Of a DNA stretch of 64,000 bases, positions 63,703-64,000 are shown one piece after another. The position numbers were made by a program, and so were the translations under genes. The notes under the pieces are model-generated. The model did no database searches. It saw nothing but the letters and a program-made list of their open reading frames with translations, and had not been told where the DNA came from. Each line of letters opens with the position of its first letter. The first letter of the stretch is position 1. Source of the DNA: Candidatus Woesearchaeota archaeon (GTDB lineage Archaea > Nanobdellota > Nanobdellia > Woesearchaeales > UBA9642); contig JBBAAQ010000006.1 of NCBI GenBank assembly GCA_041658255.1, positions 1,005 to 65,004 on the forward strand, read 5' to 3'.

Positions 63703-64000
63703 ATGCTTCAAGAAGGGACTATTGCACCGGATTTTGAACTTGTGGATCAGAATAATAAGAAGCATCAATTATCGAGTTACAATGGCAACTACGTTCTCCT
63801 CTATTTTTATCCGAAGGATGATACACCCGGATGCACAATGGAAGCCTGTAATATTCGCGACAATTATTCTGCATTCAAAAAATCGAAACTCATAGTCCTC
63901 GGCATAAGTTCAGATACGCCAGAGAGCCACACGAAATTTGCAAAAAAATATGCGTTGCCTTTTACTCTTCTTGCAGACCCGAACAAAGGCATGATTAAAG
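63703..64000 (+). CDS. bcp: peroxiredoxin, Bcp type (3'-truncated by the window edge)
   Basis: APDFELVDQNNKK...VLLYFYPKDDTPGCT peroxidatic Cys motif. Not in the ORF track because no stop codon falls inside the window. Confidence 0.8.
   Translation, partial: MLQEGTIAPDFELVDQNNKKHQLSSYNGNYVLLYFYPKDDTPGCTMEACNIRDNYSAFKKSKLIVLGISSDTPESHTKFAKKYALPFTLLADPNKGMIK

Noticed and set aside
1-64000. CRISPR array, diversity-generating retroelement (TR/VR pair plus reverse transcriptase), IS element, prophage, or stop-codon reassignment
   Set aside because: There are no regularly spaced short repeats, no reverse transcriptase, transposase or integrase ORF, and no phage structural genes. All conserved genes read through cleanly with the standard code.

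Overview
AT-rich, very gene-dense archaeal chromosomal segment. Archaeal identity is supported directly by aIF5A, aRF1 (NIKS + GGQ), ribosomal proteins L40e and S2, a Nop5-fibrillarin pair, ABCE1, NAC, Sec61-beta, RadB and an archaeal-type RNase P RNA. The gene mix suggests a small-genome DPANN-like archaeon (inference only): reduced housekeeping genes, nucleotide salvage/sanitation enzymes, several bacterial- or eukaryote-like genes (long bacterial-type AspRS, Pta, MTH1-like and DNPH1-like enzymes), and many secreted or membrane proteins of unknown function. About 75 protein genes are called. Where I checked, the promoter has a TATA-like box about 25 nt before the ATG (leaderless style). I saw no rRNA, tRNA, CRISPR array, transposase, integrase or reverse transcriptase. 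Three items are missing from the ORF track: RNase P RNA (22898-23219, masked by two spurious ORFs), L40e (4682-4843) and Sec61-beta (26059-26235). The most unusual signal is non-genic. The long non-coding gaps I examined closely carry palindromic or repeated elements. Three insertions are bracketed by direct repeats of 42-66 nt. Two of these repeats are displaced copies of the 3' coding end of the upstream gene (nth; translin-like), and a large share of their differences are synonymous (2 of 2 in one case, 6 of 10 differing codons in the other). This looks like cassette insertion at gene 3' ends with no recombinase in the window; a strain-chimeric assembly is the alternative explanation. Other candidates for undescribed biology are a tandem triplet of paralogous small membrane proteins flanked by two Nudix genes, a ~1100-aa dockerin/propeller/C25-like surface protease operon, and a PpiC rotamase fused to a VKOR-type thioredoxin-like domain. 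All functional calls rest on motifs read by eye and family signatures recalled from memory. None was verified by a database search.
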